A DNA stretch of 64,000 nt from an uncultured delta proteobacterium (GTDB lineage: Bacteria; Myxococcota; Kuafuiibacteriia; Kuafuiibacteriales; Kuafuiibacteriaceae), in NCBI GenBank assembly GCA_963803435.1, contig CAWDML010000001.1, positions 1,856,001 through 1,920,000 on the forward strand. The letters run 5' to 3'. The notes beneath the pieces are model-generated. The model saw only the letters and a list, made by a program, of their open reading frames with translations. It did not search any database and was not told where the DNA came from. Positions 51,825 through 62,769 of the stretch are shown here, piece after piece. Every line of letters starts with the position of its first letter. Position 1 is the stretch's first letter. The position numbers and the translations under genes were made by a program.

Positions 51825-52708
51825 CGCGGCAGCTCCCGGACCTTCGCGTTCAGGCAGTGGTGCCGCCGGCCGTCCCGCGGCGTGGTGATGCGCAGCTCGA
51901 CCGGGACGTCGGGCTCGATCTCCACCTTGGTCTCGAACCAGCCGATACGGTTCGGGACCACCACGCGACCCTTCGTCAACCCACCTTGCACGATCTCGGT
52001 GGTGACGGAGGCGCCGCCGGGCGTGCCGGTGACGGCGTCGTCCGCCAGGCCGGCCGACACCCAGAGCTCGAGCTTGCGGCCCTGGGGTGGCGCGGTCTGC
52101 GGAGGGATCTCGTGCACGATCACGCCGCCCGTGGTCGGGTGCGCCCACACGCAGGTGGCCTCGCCCCCGCCGACGCGGAATGTCCGCTGGGCCGCGTAGA
52201 GCCACTCGGCCTCGCCCGGACACTGGTAGCCGCCCTCGCCGCGGGGCTCGGTGCACCGGGAGGTGATGCGCCCGCCCCGCTCCACGCGCATGGTCCGCTC
52301 GCCGACGCTCTCGTAGTGATCGTAGAGGACGACCTCGGCGTTCTCGCTCGGCTGGTAGATCCGGAGCTCGAGCGGATCGTCCAGCGCGATCACCTGTGCC
52401 GGCGTGCCGGGCAGATACATCCGCGCGTCGCTGCAATCGAGGACCAGCACGCGCCGCGACCGCAGCATCGAGTCGATGGGCCGGTCCGGTCGGGCCTGGA
52501 GCCCGCCCAGGGGCTGGAGCTCCTCCACCGAGAACAGCGGCGAGTGCACCACTAGATCGCCCGGGTGTCGCTCGGCATCGAGGCGGGTCTTCGCCAGCGC
52601 CATCACGTCCGCCGGGACCGGACGCAGATCGCCGCGCACGGCTACCTGGAGATCCAGCAGGGCGGCCAGCACCACCGCACTCAGCCCCAGCGCCGCGGGC
52701 AGCTTCAT
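51821..52708 (-). CDS. Hypothetical membrane-anchored protein
   Basis: N-terminal hydrophobic helix; coupled between asnB and the glycosyltransferase; C.WAHP motif. Confidence 0.65.
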   Translation of the reverse strand: MKLPAALGLSAVVLAALLDLQVAVRGDLRPVPADVMALAKTRLDAERHPGDLVVHSPLFSVEELQPLGGLQARPDRPIDSMLRSRRVLVLDCSDARMYLPGTPAQVIALDDPLELRIYQPSENAEVVLYDHYESVGERTMRVERGGRITSRCTEPRGEGGYQCPGEAEWLYAAQRTFRVGGGEATCVWAHPTTGGVIVHEIPPQTAPPQGRKLELWVSAGLADDAVTGTPGGASVTTEIVQGGLTKGRVVVPNRIGWFETKVEIEPDVPVELRITTPRDGRRHHCLNAKVRELPR

Positions 52709-54699
52709 CCGACGGCTCTCGCGACCACCGCGCTGTCGTCGTCCTCGCGGATCGGCGCCGCCGACGCCGTGCCCGGACCGTAGCGCTCCATCCAGAGCTC
52801 GAAGGCCAGGAGCGTCCACAGCGGCTTCCGGTGGTCGGCGAACCCGCGCTCGTGCTCGTCGAGCAGGCGATGGACCTCCAGCGGATCGAGCAACCCCTCC
52901 CGCCGCAACTTGGGTTGCGAGAGGAGATCGTGCGCCAGGTCGTTCAGCGGGCCTCGGATCCACTCGCCGATGGGCATGCCGAAGCCCTTCTTGGGGCGAT
53001 CGATGATCTCGTCCGGGATCCAGCCGCGGGCGGCCTTCTTGAAGAGGTACTTGGTGGTGAGGCCGTGCAGCTTGAGCGTGCCCGGGAGCGCGGCCGCGAA
53101 CTCCACGACCCGCGTGTCGAGCAGCGGCGCCCGGACCTCCAGACCGCAGGCCATCGCCGCGCGGTCGACCTTCACCAGCACGTCGCCGGTCAGGTAGAGC
53201 CGGCCGTACTGGAAGACAGCGCGGTCGTAGTGATCGCGGGCGTCGGTCATCGCCTCGAAGTTGGCGATCGTGCTGTAGGGCGCGGTCCGCAGGGCGGCCT
53301 CGCGGACGTCGTCCGAGAGGACCCGCTCCAGCTCATCCGGCATGAACGAGCCCATCCAGGCCTGATGGCGGAAGTCGCGCGGCAGGCCCAGCCCCTGCGC
53401 GAAGCGCTTGGCCTTGAAGTCGAAGCTGAAGTTCTTCCGCGACACCGGGAGCAGCCCGGTGAGCGCGCGGGCGGCCCGGCCCAGGCGCTCGGTCCCGCGC
53501 GGTCCCAACCGGCGCTCGATCCCGCCGGCCACGCGATCGGCCTGGAAGGTCGGGTAGCCCAGGAAGAGCTCGTCGCCGCCGTCGCCGCCGAGCGCGACCG
53601 TCACGGTGCGGCGCGTGAAGCGCGAGAGCAGGTACGTGGGGATCAGCGAGCCGTCGCCGAGCGGCTCGCACATGAAGTCTGCGACCTCGGGGAGGATGTC
53701 GATCATCACCTGCGGTGACAGCCGCTCCTCGTGATGATCGGTCCCCAGGAAGTCGGCAACCTGCCTGGCATGACGGCTCTCGTCGAAGGTGCGGTCCTCG
53801 AAGGAGATCGAGAACGTCTTGATCTCCCTTCGCGGTACCACCTCCGCCATCGCCGCGGTCACCGTCGAGGAGTCGATCCCGCCCGAGAGGAAGACGCCCA
53901 GCGGCACGTCGGAGATCAGGCGCGCCTCGGTCGCCTCGCGGATCAGCTGGCGCAGCTTGGTGACCAGCTCGGCCTCGGTCTTGCCGCGGACCCAGTCGGC
54001 CCAGGGCGAGGCGGCGAAGCGCATCCGCCAGTACTCGTGGACCTCGGCCCGCCCCTTCTCCCGATCGAACAGCAGGTAGTGTCCGGGCAGCAGCTTCTGG
54101 ACGTCGCGGTAGATCGACTGCGCCTCGGGGACGCACTCGTACGTCAGATACGAGGCCAGCCCCGAGAGGCTGACCGCCCGCTCGAACGAGGGATGGGCGG
54201 CGATCGCCTTCAGCTCCGAGCCGAACAGGAGCGCGCCGTCCACGAACGCGTAGTAGAGCGGCTTCTTCCCCATCCGATCGCGAGCCAGGACCAGCCGCCG
54301 GCGCCGCACGTCCCAGATCACCAGCGCGAACATGCCGCCGAGGCGATCGATCACCGACTCGCCCCAGGCCTCGTAGCCGTGCGCGATCACCTCCGAGTCG
54401 GAGCCCGTCCGGAAGCGATAGCCGAGCTGCTCCAGCTCGTCGCGGAGCTCGCGGAAGTTGTAGATCTCACCGTTGCAGATGATCTGGATGGTGCCGTCGC
54501 CGTTCGTGAGCGGCTGGTGGCCGCCGGTGAGATCGATGATCGAGAGCCGCCGATGGCCGAGCCCACAGCCGCCCTCATCGTCGAAGTAGTAGCCCTCGTC
54601 ATCGGGGCCGCGGCGGGCGAGCGTGTTGTTCATCCGGGCCAGGATCGCCCGCGAGGGCACCGCGCCCGGCGGCACGATCATCCCCGAGATGCCGCACAT
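52705..54699 (-). CDS. asnB: Asparagine synthase (glutamine-hydrolysing)-family amidotransferase
   Basis: MCGI, RGPD, GHRRLSIIDL, NGEIYNF, LSGGIDSS, GDGGDELF, KVDR..M..GLEVR.P.LD, RPKKGF. Confidence 0.93.
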   Translation of the reverse strand: MCGISGMIVPPGAVPSRAILARMNNTLARRGPDDEGYYFDDEGGCGLGHRRLSIIDLTGGHQPLTNGDGTIQIICNGEIYNFRELRDELEQLGYRFRTGSDSEVIAHGYEAWGESVIDRLGGMFALVIWDVRRRRLVLARDRMGKKPLYYAFVDGALLFGSELKAIAAHPSFERAVSLSGLASYLTYECVPEAQSIYRDVQKLLPGHYLLFDREKGRAEVHEYWRMRFAASPWADWVRGKTEAELVTKLRQLIREATEARLISDVPLGVFLSGGIDSSTVTAAMAEVVPRREIKTFSISFEDRTFDESRHARQVADFLGTDHHEERLSPQVMIDILPEVADFMCEPLGDGSLIPTYLLSRFTRRTVTVALGGDGGDELFLGYPTFQADRVAGGIERRLGPRGTERLGRAARALTGLLPVSRKNFSFDFKAKRFAQGLGLPRDFRHQAWMGSFMPDELERVLSDDVREAALRTAPYSTIANFEAMTDARDHYDRAVFQYGRLYLTGDVLVKVDRAAMACGLEVRAPLLDTRVVEFAAALPGTLKLHGLTTKYLFKKAARGWIPDEIIDRPKKGFGMPIGEWIRGPLNDLAHDLLSQPKLRREGLLDPLEVHRLLDEHERGFADHRKPLWTLLAFELWMERYGPGTASAAPIREDDDSAVVARAVG

Positions 54700-54703
54700 G
54701 GTC

Positions 54704-55753
54704 CTATTTCCCCGCGGCGACGTGTCCGCGCGACACGTTCTCCCGCCGCTTGCGCGCGGCCTCTCCGCTCAGGTTCTTGCGCTCGCGCAGCATGTAGATC
54801 GGGCGCGACTGGCTCTCGTGGTAGGTGCGGATCCCGATCTCGGCGAGCAGGCCGAGGAACAGGCTCTGGATGCCGAGGGAGCCCAGGAACACCGCGATCG
54901 ACAGGAACGGGTTCCGGTGGGCCCAGACGCCGTGGACGTACTTCTCGAACAGCACGTAGATCGCCGAGAGCACACCGGCGCCGAAGAGCATGAAGCCGAG
55001 GGCGCCGAAGAAGTAGATCGGTTTGGTCCCGTAACTGCCGAGGAACTTCACCACCAGGAGGTCGAGGATCACCTTGAACGTCCGCGCGATCCCGTACTTC
55101 GACGTCCCGTACTTGCGCGGCCGGTGGTTGACGACGACCTCGGCCACGCGGGCGCCCGCCCAGGAGGCATAGATGGGGATGAAGCGGTGCATCTCGCCGT
55201 AGAGCTGGACCGGGTCCAGCACCTCGCGACGGTACGCCTTGAGCGTGCAGCCGTAGTCGTGGAGCTTCACGCCGCTGACCCACGAGATGATGTGATTCGC
55301 GATCATCGACGGGAAGCGGCGGGAGAGAAAGACGTCCTGGCGCGTCTTGCGCCAGCCGGAGACCACGTCGTACCCCTCGTCGATCTTGTGCAGTAGATCC
55401 GGGATCGACTTGGGGTCGTTCTGCAGATCCGCGTCGAGCGGGATGATGATGTCGCCGATCGCATGATCGATCGCGGCCACCATCGCCGCCGTCTGGCCGA
55501 AGTTCCTTCGGAAGCGGAGCAGCTTCAGGCGTTCGTCGCGATCCGCCCAGGCGGCGAGCTTGTCCCAGGTGCCGTCGGTGGAGCCGTCGTCGACGATGAC
55601 GATCTCGCCGGTGACGCCGACCTCGTCGATGACCTTGAAGGCCTCCTCGAGCAGCTCGTCGACGCTCTCCTCCTCGTTGTAGCAAGGGATGACGAGGGAG
55701 ACGCGCGGGATGTCCGCGTCCTGCTCGTCCACCGGATAGAGGCCGCTCTCCAT
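54704..55753 (-). CDS. GT2 glycosyltransferase (DPM1/ArnC-like polyprenol-phosphate sugar synthase)
   Basis: VIPCYNEE, VDDGSTDGT, RNFGQTAA, DADLQNDP, two C-terminal TM helices, SRPIY. Confidence 0.93.
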   Translation of the reverse strand: MESGLYPVDEQDADIPRVSLVIPCYNEEESVDELLEEAFKVIDEVGVTGEIVIVDDGSTDGTWDKLAAWADRDERLKLLRFRRNFGQTAAMVAAIDHAIGDIIIPLDADLQNDPKSIPDLLHKIDEGYDVVSGWRKTRQDVFLSRRFPSMIANHIISWVSGVKLHDYGCTLKAYRREVLDPVQLYGEMHRFIPIYASWAGARVAEVVVNHRPRKYGTSKYGIARTFKVILDLLVVKFLGSYGTKPIYFFGALGFMLFGAGVLSAIYVLFEKYVHGVWAHRNPFLSIAVFLGSLGIQSLFLGLLAEIGIRTYHESQSRPIYMLRERKNLSGEAARKRRENVSRGHVAAGK

Positions 55754-55763
55754 ACTCACTCGG

Positions 55764-56546
55764 TCACTCGGCCCGCGGCAGGCCGGCCCTCACCTCGAGC
55801 TCCTTGGTGATACGCGCCAGGCCCCGGGCATCCAGCTTCGGACCCACCAGCGAGCGCAGGAGCGACATCACCTCCTCATGCTGTTTGCACTCGGCGTCCT
55901 GAGGCGGCAAGCGCCGATGCTTCATCTCGTCGTCGATCCGGGCCATCAACCGCTCCGAATCGAGGATCACGACCGCGATCTGGGGCCGCTCGGCGGCGCG
56001 CTTTCCCTCGTCGAAGGTCTTTCGCAGGGCGTCCAGATCGGCCGCGAGCAGGCACCGCGCCCCTCTCAGATAGGCCTCCGGAGTCGGCAGCGGCGCGACT
56101 CCGGCCGGCGCCGCCGCGGCCGCCCGGGCCCGCTCCTTCTCGAGGGCCCGCACGCTCGAGCCCACATCGAGCCCGCCCGGCAGCTCGATCGCCGCACCGG
56201 CCAGGTCCTCGACGTCCTCCGGCAGAACGTCGGCCTCCCCTTCGGGATCGGGGGTCTCCTCGACGCTGGCGCTGCTGGTCCGGGCCCGGGCGAGCTGCCG
56301 CGCCTCCTCCTCCCTCCGGAGCCGCGCCAGGCGGGTATCGAACGCCTGGGCTTCGCGCCGCTCCTCGGCCGCCATCACCTCGGCCCGCGACTCGTAGCCG
56401 TCCTCCTCGGTGGTGAGCACCTCGAGGCAGCGCGGATCGTGGGCGAGATCCTGCCGGCACGCCTCCGCCAGTCGGTCGCGCGCGGAGGTGGTGGCGCACG
56501 CGGCGATCGCGAGCCCGGCTGCGACGGCGACGAACGGACGGACCAC
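55764..56546 (-). CDS. Hypothetical lipoprotein
   Basis: Lipobox IAAC after a hydrophobic stretch. Confidence 0.6.
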   Translation of the reverse strand: MVRPFVAVAAGLAIAACATTSARDRLAEACRQDLAHDPRCLEVLTTEEDGYESRAEVMAAEERREAQAFDTRLARLRREEEARQLARARTSSASVEETPDPEGEADVLPEDVEDLAGAAIELPGGLDVGSSVRALEKERARAAAAAPAGVAPLPTPEAYLRGARCLLAADLDALRKTFDEGKRAAERPQIAVVILDSERLMARIDDEMKHRRLPPQDAECKQHEEVMSLLRSLVGPKLDARGLARITKELEVRAGLPRAE

Positions 56547-56549
56547 CGA

Positions 56550-57869
56550 CTATCTCTTACAGACTTCGGATGCAGCGCGCCACGCAGACGCGCGGATCTT
56601 CGGATCGTGCGCCTTCTTGGCGACGGCCATCAGCGCGGGGACATCGGCGTCTCCACCGATGCGCGCCATGATCTCGAGCGCCTCGCCGAGCGCGCGTCCC
56701 TCCGGTCCCTGCATCCGCGAGCGCGCCAGCGCCAGACCGGCGAGCGGATCGGAGGTGGCCATCGCTTGCAGCACCCGAGCCTGGCTCGGATCGTCGAGCA
56801 GACCCTGGCCGATCCACGCCTCCATCACGTGCTCGATCGAACGCGCGTGATCGGGCTCCAGCTGATTCTGCGGCGCGCCCGCGCCCGAGAAGGCCCAGAG
56901 GACCTGCGCGGCCGAGGGCACCGCCGCCGGCTCCAGCTTCTCCAGCGCGTCGACCGAGCCGGCGTTCTTGAGCGCGATCGCCATCGCGGCCTGGCCGTCC
57001 ACCTCTTCACCGTACCGGGGACGCGCGCGCTTCGCCCATCGCGTCACGCTGGCCGGCGAGTCGAGACCGCCGGTGGCGAGCAGCGCGGCCAGTGCGCTGC
57101 TGCGTACGATCGGCTTCTGGTTCATCAGCTGGCCACGGATCGCCTTGGCAACACGCACGCGGTGGACCGCGTTCGAGACCAGCGCCTGCGCCACCACCCC
57201 CTCCGGGAGCGACGCCAGCTCGTCCGGCCGGAAGCGGTGATCCTGCTCGAACAACGCCCGCGCCGCGCGCTCGGCCCGGCCCGCGTCGCGATCGGAGAGC
57301 ATGTCGATCAGCACGCGGCGCGCGCGGGCACTCCACCACTTCACGTGCACTTCGGCGGCCGTCAGCTTCACCTGCGGATCGTCGTCGACCAGCGCCTCGT
57401 AGAGGATCGTGCGAGGCCGCTTCTGCGGCATGATCGCCAGGGCCTCCGCGGTCAGCCGGCGCACCTCCACGTCGCCTTCGAGGAGCGCCTGCGTGATCGT
57501 GCTCGTCCCCACTACGTCGCCGAGCGCCATCATCGCGAGCGACCAGGAGAGGCGGCGGTCCGGCGGCGGACGCTCGACGCGAAGCCGCTGGAGCGCGATC
57601 GCCATGCGGGAGAGCCCGAGCGCCATGTACGCGCCGTGGGCCGTCGTCATCGGCGCGGTCCGGGCGGTACGGAGGAGCGCGTCGATCGCGGCCGGGCTGA
57701 AGTGAGGCGCCAGGGTCATCAGCACCTCCGGCTCCGGGGCCAGCGCCAGCGCGTCGATCTCCCGCTGCACCTCGTCGCAGACTTCCGGTCGAGCGAACGC
57801 CGGGCTGGGAACGACGAGGGAGAGCAAGATCGCGACGAACCCGCCGAGTGTTGACAGCTCCGACACCAC
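56550..57869 (-). CDS. Exported HEAT-repeat protein
   Basis: Signal peptide (..PSPAFA); repeats such as DVEVRRLTAEAL, DPQVKLTAAE, DPKIRASAWRA. Confidence 0.7.
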   Translation of the reverse strand: MVSELSTLGGFVAILLSLVVPSPAFARPEVCDEVQREIDALALAPEPEVLMTLAPHFSPAAIDALLRTARTAPMTTAHGAYMALGLSRMAIALQRLRVERPPPDRRLSWSLAMMALGDVVGTSTITQALLEGDVEVRRLTAEALAIMPQKRPRTILYEALVDDDPQVKLTAAEVHVKWWSARARRVLIDMLSDRDAGRAERAARALFEQDHRFRPDELASLPEGVVAQALVSNAVHRVRVAKAIRGQLMNQKPIVRSSALAALLATGGLDSPASVTRWAKRARPRYGEEVDGQAAMAIALKNAGSVDALEKLEPAAVPSAAQVLWAFSGAGAPQNQLEPDHARSIEHVMEAWIGQGLLDDPSQARVLQAMATSDPLAGLALARSRMQGPEGRALGEALEIMARIGGDADVPALMAVAKKAHDPKIRASAWRAASEVCKR

Positions 57870-58019
57870 CGTCGTTCTCCGACACCTGCCTCCCGTTACG
57901 CGCCGGGAAGAAACAGATGCTAGCATCAGTCCGGGACGACCGGACCCGCCACCGGGCGCCGAACGCGTGTTTTTTCGGCACGTTCGACGGCCGGATCGGA
58001 AAGGTCTGTCGCACGCTGG

Positions 58020-61000
58020 ATGCAAGAGCTCAGCACCAGCACGAATCGTTTCGGAGACTACATTCTCCACGACCGCATCGGTGCGGGCGGAATGGCCGAG
58101 ATTTTCCTGGCCACGGCCACCGGAATCGAAGGCTTCGAGAAGCGCGTCGTCATCAAGCGCATCCTGCCGTCGCTGTCGGACGACGAGCAGTTCGTCCGTA
58201 TGTTCATCGAAGAGGCCAAGCTCTGCGTGGCCCTGCGGCATCCCAACATCGTCCAAGTCCACGACCTCGGCGAGATCGAAGCTCAGTACTACATCGCGAT
58301 GGAGTACGTCGACGGCCGGGACCTGCTGAAGACCTTGGCCGCCTGCGGCAAGAAGAAGATCGGCTTCCCTACCGACATCGCGCTCTTCATCGTGATGGAG
58401 GCGCTGAAGGGCCTCAACTACGCGCATCAGCTGAAGAAGCCCAACGGCGAGCCGCTCGGGATCATCCACCGGGATGTCTCACCTTCGAACGTTCTGTTGT
58501 CTTTCGAGGGCGAGGTGAAGATCGGCGACTTCGGTATCGCGAAGGCGAACACGCGAGAGAAGACGGCCACCGGGATCCTCAAGGGCAAGTTCGGCTATAT
58601 GGCCCCCGAGCAGGTCACCGGCGTGCCGATCGACTCGCGCGCCGACATCTTCGCCGTCGGCATCGTGATGTACGAGCTGCTGACCGGCCATCGCCTGTTC
58701 GCGGGCAAGAACGACCTGGCCGTCCTCGAGAAGGTGCGGGACGCGCGCATCGAGCCGCCGCCGCGCTTCTACCGGCAGGACCTCGATCCGGAGCTCGAGC
58801 ACATCGTGCTGCGCGCCCTCTCGCGGGACGCGCGGGACCGGTTTCAGAACGCGCACCAGCTCCACGACGCGATCCACGACTACGTCTACCGATCGCGCGC
58901 CACGGTGGGACCGGCCCATCTCGCGCGCTTCATGCAGACGCTCTTCCTCAACGATCCCGAGGAGATCGACCGGCGCTCCCGCGTCAAGCTGCCGCTCCCG
59001 CGACAGTTCCCGGTGGGCGCAGCCAGCGCCAACGGCGCCCGTCCCACCGCCAAGAACGGCACCAGCAACGGGCGCGTGCTCGAGCTCCTCTCCACCGACG
59101 GTGAGTTCGACGAGAAGACGCCCCTCTTGGATCCCGCGGACCTCCCCGGGTCGCAGCTCTCGAGCTCGGTCGCCTTCATCTCGGATGTCGACAGCTGGGA
59201 GCGGGCAGGCTCCTCGGCGCTGATCGACTACGCGCTCGCCGAGAACAGCGATCCGGAACCTTCGGATCGACCGAGACCTCCGCCGCTGCCGCCGCTGACC
59301 CAGGCGCCGCGTATCGAGTCCAACCGGCTCGAGCCCGGACCCGAGCGGACGGCCCGCACCGACGTCGAGATCGAGGTGGAGCCGCCCTCGATCTCGATCG
59401 ATGACTCGGATCGGTCGCCTCAGGCGCGGGTGGCGGCGCTCCGACTGGCGGTGCAGACCGAGGCGCCCACGGATCTCAATCTCTCGGAGGAGTCCAAGCT
59501 GCTCATCGAGGACAGGAAGGCGCCGATCCGTCCCGCCGCCACGGTGCTGGGCCGACCGCCCACCCCCGAGCGCCAGACGAGCGGCGTGACCGACGAGATC
59601 GCGGATTCGGGTCCGCAGTTTCGGCGCGTCGAGCTGGACGAGGACGCCGAGGACACCACCCGGAAGGATGACGACGACGACTACCACGACCCCTCGGACA
59701 TCGTGGAGCGGACGGTCTCGAACCCCGGCCATGACGACACCAATCTGGATCCCGACGAGGAGATGACCAGCGAGGTCGAGCCGACGGTCCGCTTCGACTC
59801 GGCCCTCTTCCCCGTGGAGCGTTTGATCGAGCCGGCAGCCAGCACCACCTCGATCGGGCTCTTCAGCGAGGAGCGCACCAAGGAGGAAGAGGGAAGCGGC
59901 AACCCATTCGCGTATCTGAGCCTGAACGACACGAGCGGAGGCACGCTGCAGCTCGAGGACAGCGACTTCCCCACGGCCGAGGTCTCGGAGGCGGCGCTGC
60001 GGGCCGATTCGAAGGGGCGGTCGGAGGTCGACACCGTGCCGGCGCCGACCACGCTCGACCGCATCGCATCCCGGGCGGCCAGCGAGAATCAAACGCGACA
60101 ACTCGCGCACGGACGTCTCCGCCGATGCCCCGGAGGCGCTGGTCTCGCCCATCTTGGACGCGGAGGATCCGCGCGATCGCACCGAGAGCGACCTGGATCC
60201 GCCGTCCGCCGTGGTGAGGCCGCGGAGCGACTCCATCTTCAGCGATCCTACGGAGGCGCGCGACCCGCTGGAGGGCGACGACTCGATCCCGCCCACGCAG
60301 CGTGCGGTCGCGGAGATGCGGCGCGCGCGGCGGGCCAGCCGGATGGCGAACGAGCTGGCGAAGGAGGAGGCGCGCGGACCGTTGCGGCGACGGCCCATCA
60401 CCTCGCGACGCCCTCGCCCGCTCCTGATGCCCGACGAGGACGAGGACGAGCTGAAGCTCGCGCCCAACCGGTCGCCGCCGGGGCGCCCCCGGCGAAGAGG
60501 TACCGCGACGCGGGCGCTGTCGGTCGTGAATCCGATCCCGCGTCAACCCAGCTTGCGGCGTCCGATCGTGCAGGCGAAGGCGCGGAACGACTCGGACTTC
60601 TCGTCGGATCAGACGGGGGCGGGGTTCCTCGTCGACGACGAGACCCAGAGCGGCGAGATGGCGGGTGAAGCCGCGCTCCCGCAGCCGACGATCGAGGCGA
60701 CACCCAAGCGTCGGTCGAGCTCCGGCGTGACCGCAGCGCTGAGCGAGGCCGCCCAGGTCGACGAGGAGATCCGAGAGATCCAGCAGAGCACGACGAACGG
60801 CGGCCCGTCGCCCGACGAGACTTCGCCCGATCAGGTCTTCCGACCCGAGGACGACGACTACGATCCCGAGTTCGACGAGGAAGACACGAAGCAGGGCGTC
60901 CGGGTGAAGGAGGCGATCGACCGCATCCAGTCGCGGCGCCAGATCGTCACGCAGAACTTCGTGCTCTACAGCGAGAAGGAGCAGTTCGGCGACGAGGACT

Positions 61001-62769
61001 CGGAGACCAGCGCTCCCGTGATCACCTCGGCCGGCCGGCTGGAGGACGAGGGCGCCTCGGATCTGTTCGGCGTCCTCGAGGTGCTCGATCGCGGCACGCT
61101 CGACGAGCTCGGCTTCTCCCCCGAGGAGGAGGTGTCCCTCGAGACCGAGTCGGGCGACTACGGAGCGGGCGAGACCAAGCTCGGGATGCTCTCCGTCGAC
61201 GACGAGGAGGAGACGGAGGGCGAGGTCTTCGACGACGAGCCCACCGCGTCGGTGACCGACGCCGACGTGCTGTCGGTCTCCCAGCTCCTCAAGAACAGCT
61301 CGGTGCCGCTGGAGCCCGGCATCGTCGAGGTGGACGACGAGGCGTCCGGGATCTCGATCAGCCTCGAGCCGGGTGATCGACTGCGCGACGAGATCGAGCT
61401 GATCGACGACCGGAGCGGCTTCGAGTTCGAATTCACCGACAACGAGGAGCCCACCGAGGAGCAGGACAGCCAGCCCGGGCGGCCGGCGAACGGGCGCCCG
61501 CGGAGCGTGCTCGACACGCCGGCCGGGATGCAGTTCATCGACGACACCAGCAATCAGCGCCCGGTTCGGCTGATCTCCGACAGCTTCGACCTGGAGCAGA
61601 ACCCAGACCCGAACCCGCGGGCCAACGGAGCGCGCAGCGAGGGCCTGCGAGCGGAGCCGGGTGCGAGGCCCTCGCCCGAGCGGGCCCCGCGGCCACCCGT
61701 GCGTCCCGTCTCGATGGAGGCGGACACCCGCCCGAGCAACCCGGACGAAATGGCGCCGGCGCGGGCCAAGCCGTCGAACGCCTCGCAGCTCCGCAGGGTG
61801 GTGCAGCGACAGAAGGTGGCCAAGGAGGTCCGGTCCAAGGGAACGGCTCCGGGCGCGCTGGCGGCGTCGCCCTCGGTCGCGCCGATCATCCCTCCGCTGC
61901 CGGCGAGCGGCTCGGCGGCGCCGATGCCGGCCAAGCCGTCGCGCGCGGCGCCTTCGGCCGGCCAGTTCTACCCGCCCGTGCAGAACGTCGAGGCGCGGAG
62001 CGCGACCGCCCTCAACCGCTTTGCGACGTTCGCCGTGCTGATCGCGGTGCTCCTGGCGGTCGCCGCGGCCGTCTCGATCCTGCTCCAGAACCGCGCGCGC
62101 GTCCCCATCCCACCGATGGCGGACACCGAGGCGCCGGTTCAGTTGCCGAAGATGCCGAAGGCCCCGGTGTCGCCGCCTCCGCCGGCGCCCCCGCTCGCGG
62201 ATCGGACCCCACCCCCGGTGGCGCCGCCGGCCCCCGCGACGCCGCCGAAAGCCCCGCCGCCGAAGAGGAGGGCCGACCTGCCGTCGAAGACGCAGGCGAA
62301 GACCCCGCCGCCGAAGGCTCCGCCGCCGAAGGCCCCGCCGCCGAAGGCCCCGCCGCCGAAGGCCCCGCCGCCGAAGGCCCCGCCGCCGAAGGGCCCCCCG
62401 GCGAAGCGACGCACCCGGGTGGCGAAGAAGGCCTCCAGGACGGAGGTCACCCCCCGAACCCAGGACGGCGAGGGCGGGAAGGCCTCCAGGACGGAGGTCA
62501 CCCCCCGAACCCAGGACGGCGAGAGCGGAAAGGCCAAGACGCCGGAGCCGCGGTCGCCGAAGGCCGATCAGGTGGTCCTCCGGATCAGCTGCAGCGATCC
62601 GATCGACATCAAGATCTCCGGGGTCGGCATCGTGAAGCAGAAGAAGAAGTACCGCCGAAGGATGAGTCCGGGCCTCTATCGGGTCACGCTGATCAAGGGC
62701 TCCCAGAAGCGTCCGTACGAGCTCGATCTCGTCCCCGGTGATCCGGTGATCCTGCGTTGTCCTTTCTGA
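58020..62769 (+). CDS. Very large membrane Ser/Thr kinase with a long acidic disordered linker and Pro/Lys-rich external stalk, +1 frameshift at about 60087 (GAATC)
   Basis: IGAGGMAEIF, HRDVSPSN, DFGIAK, KGKFGYMAPEQ; the frame continues in the 60154-62769 ORF with a TM helix (FAVLIAVLLAVAAAVSILL). Confidence 0.85.
62299..62403 (+). repeat. 15-bp coding tandem repeat, (KAPPP)-type, 7 units
   Basis: aaggccccgccgccg units read directly. Confidence 0.92.
62428..62529 (+). repeat. 51-bp coding tandem duplication (KASRTEVTPRTQDGE(G/S)G x2)
   Basis: Near-identical copies starting at 62428 and 62479. Confidence 0.92.
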
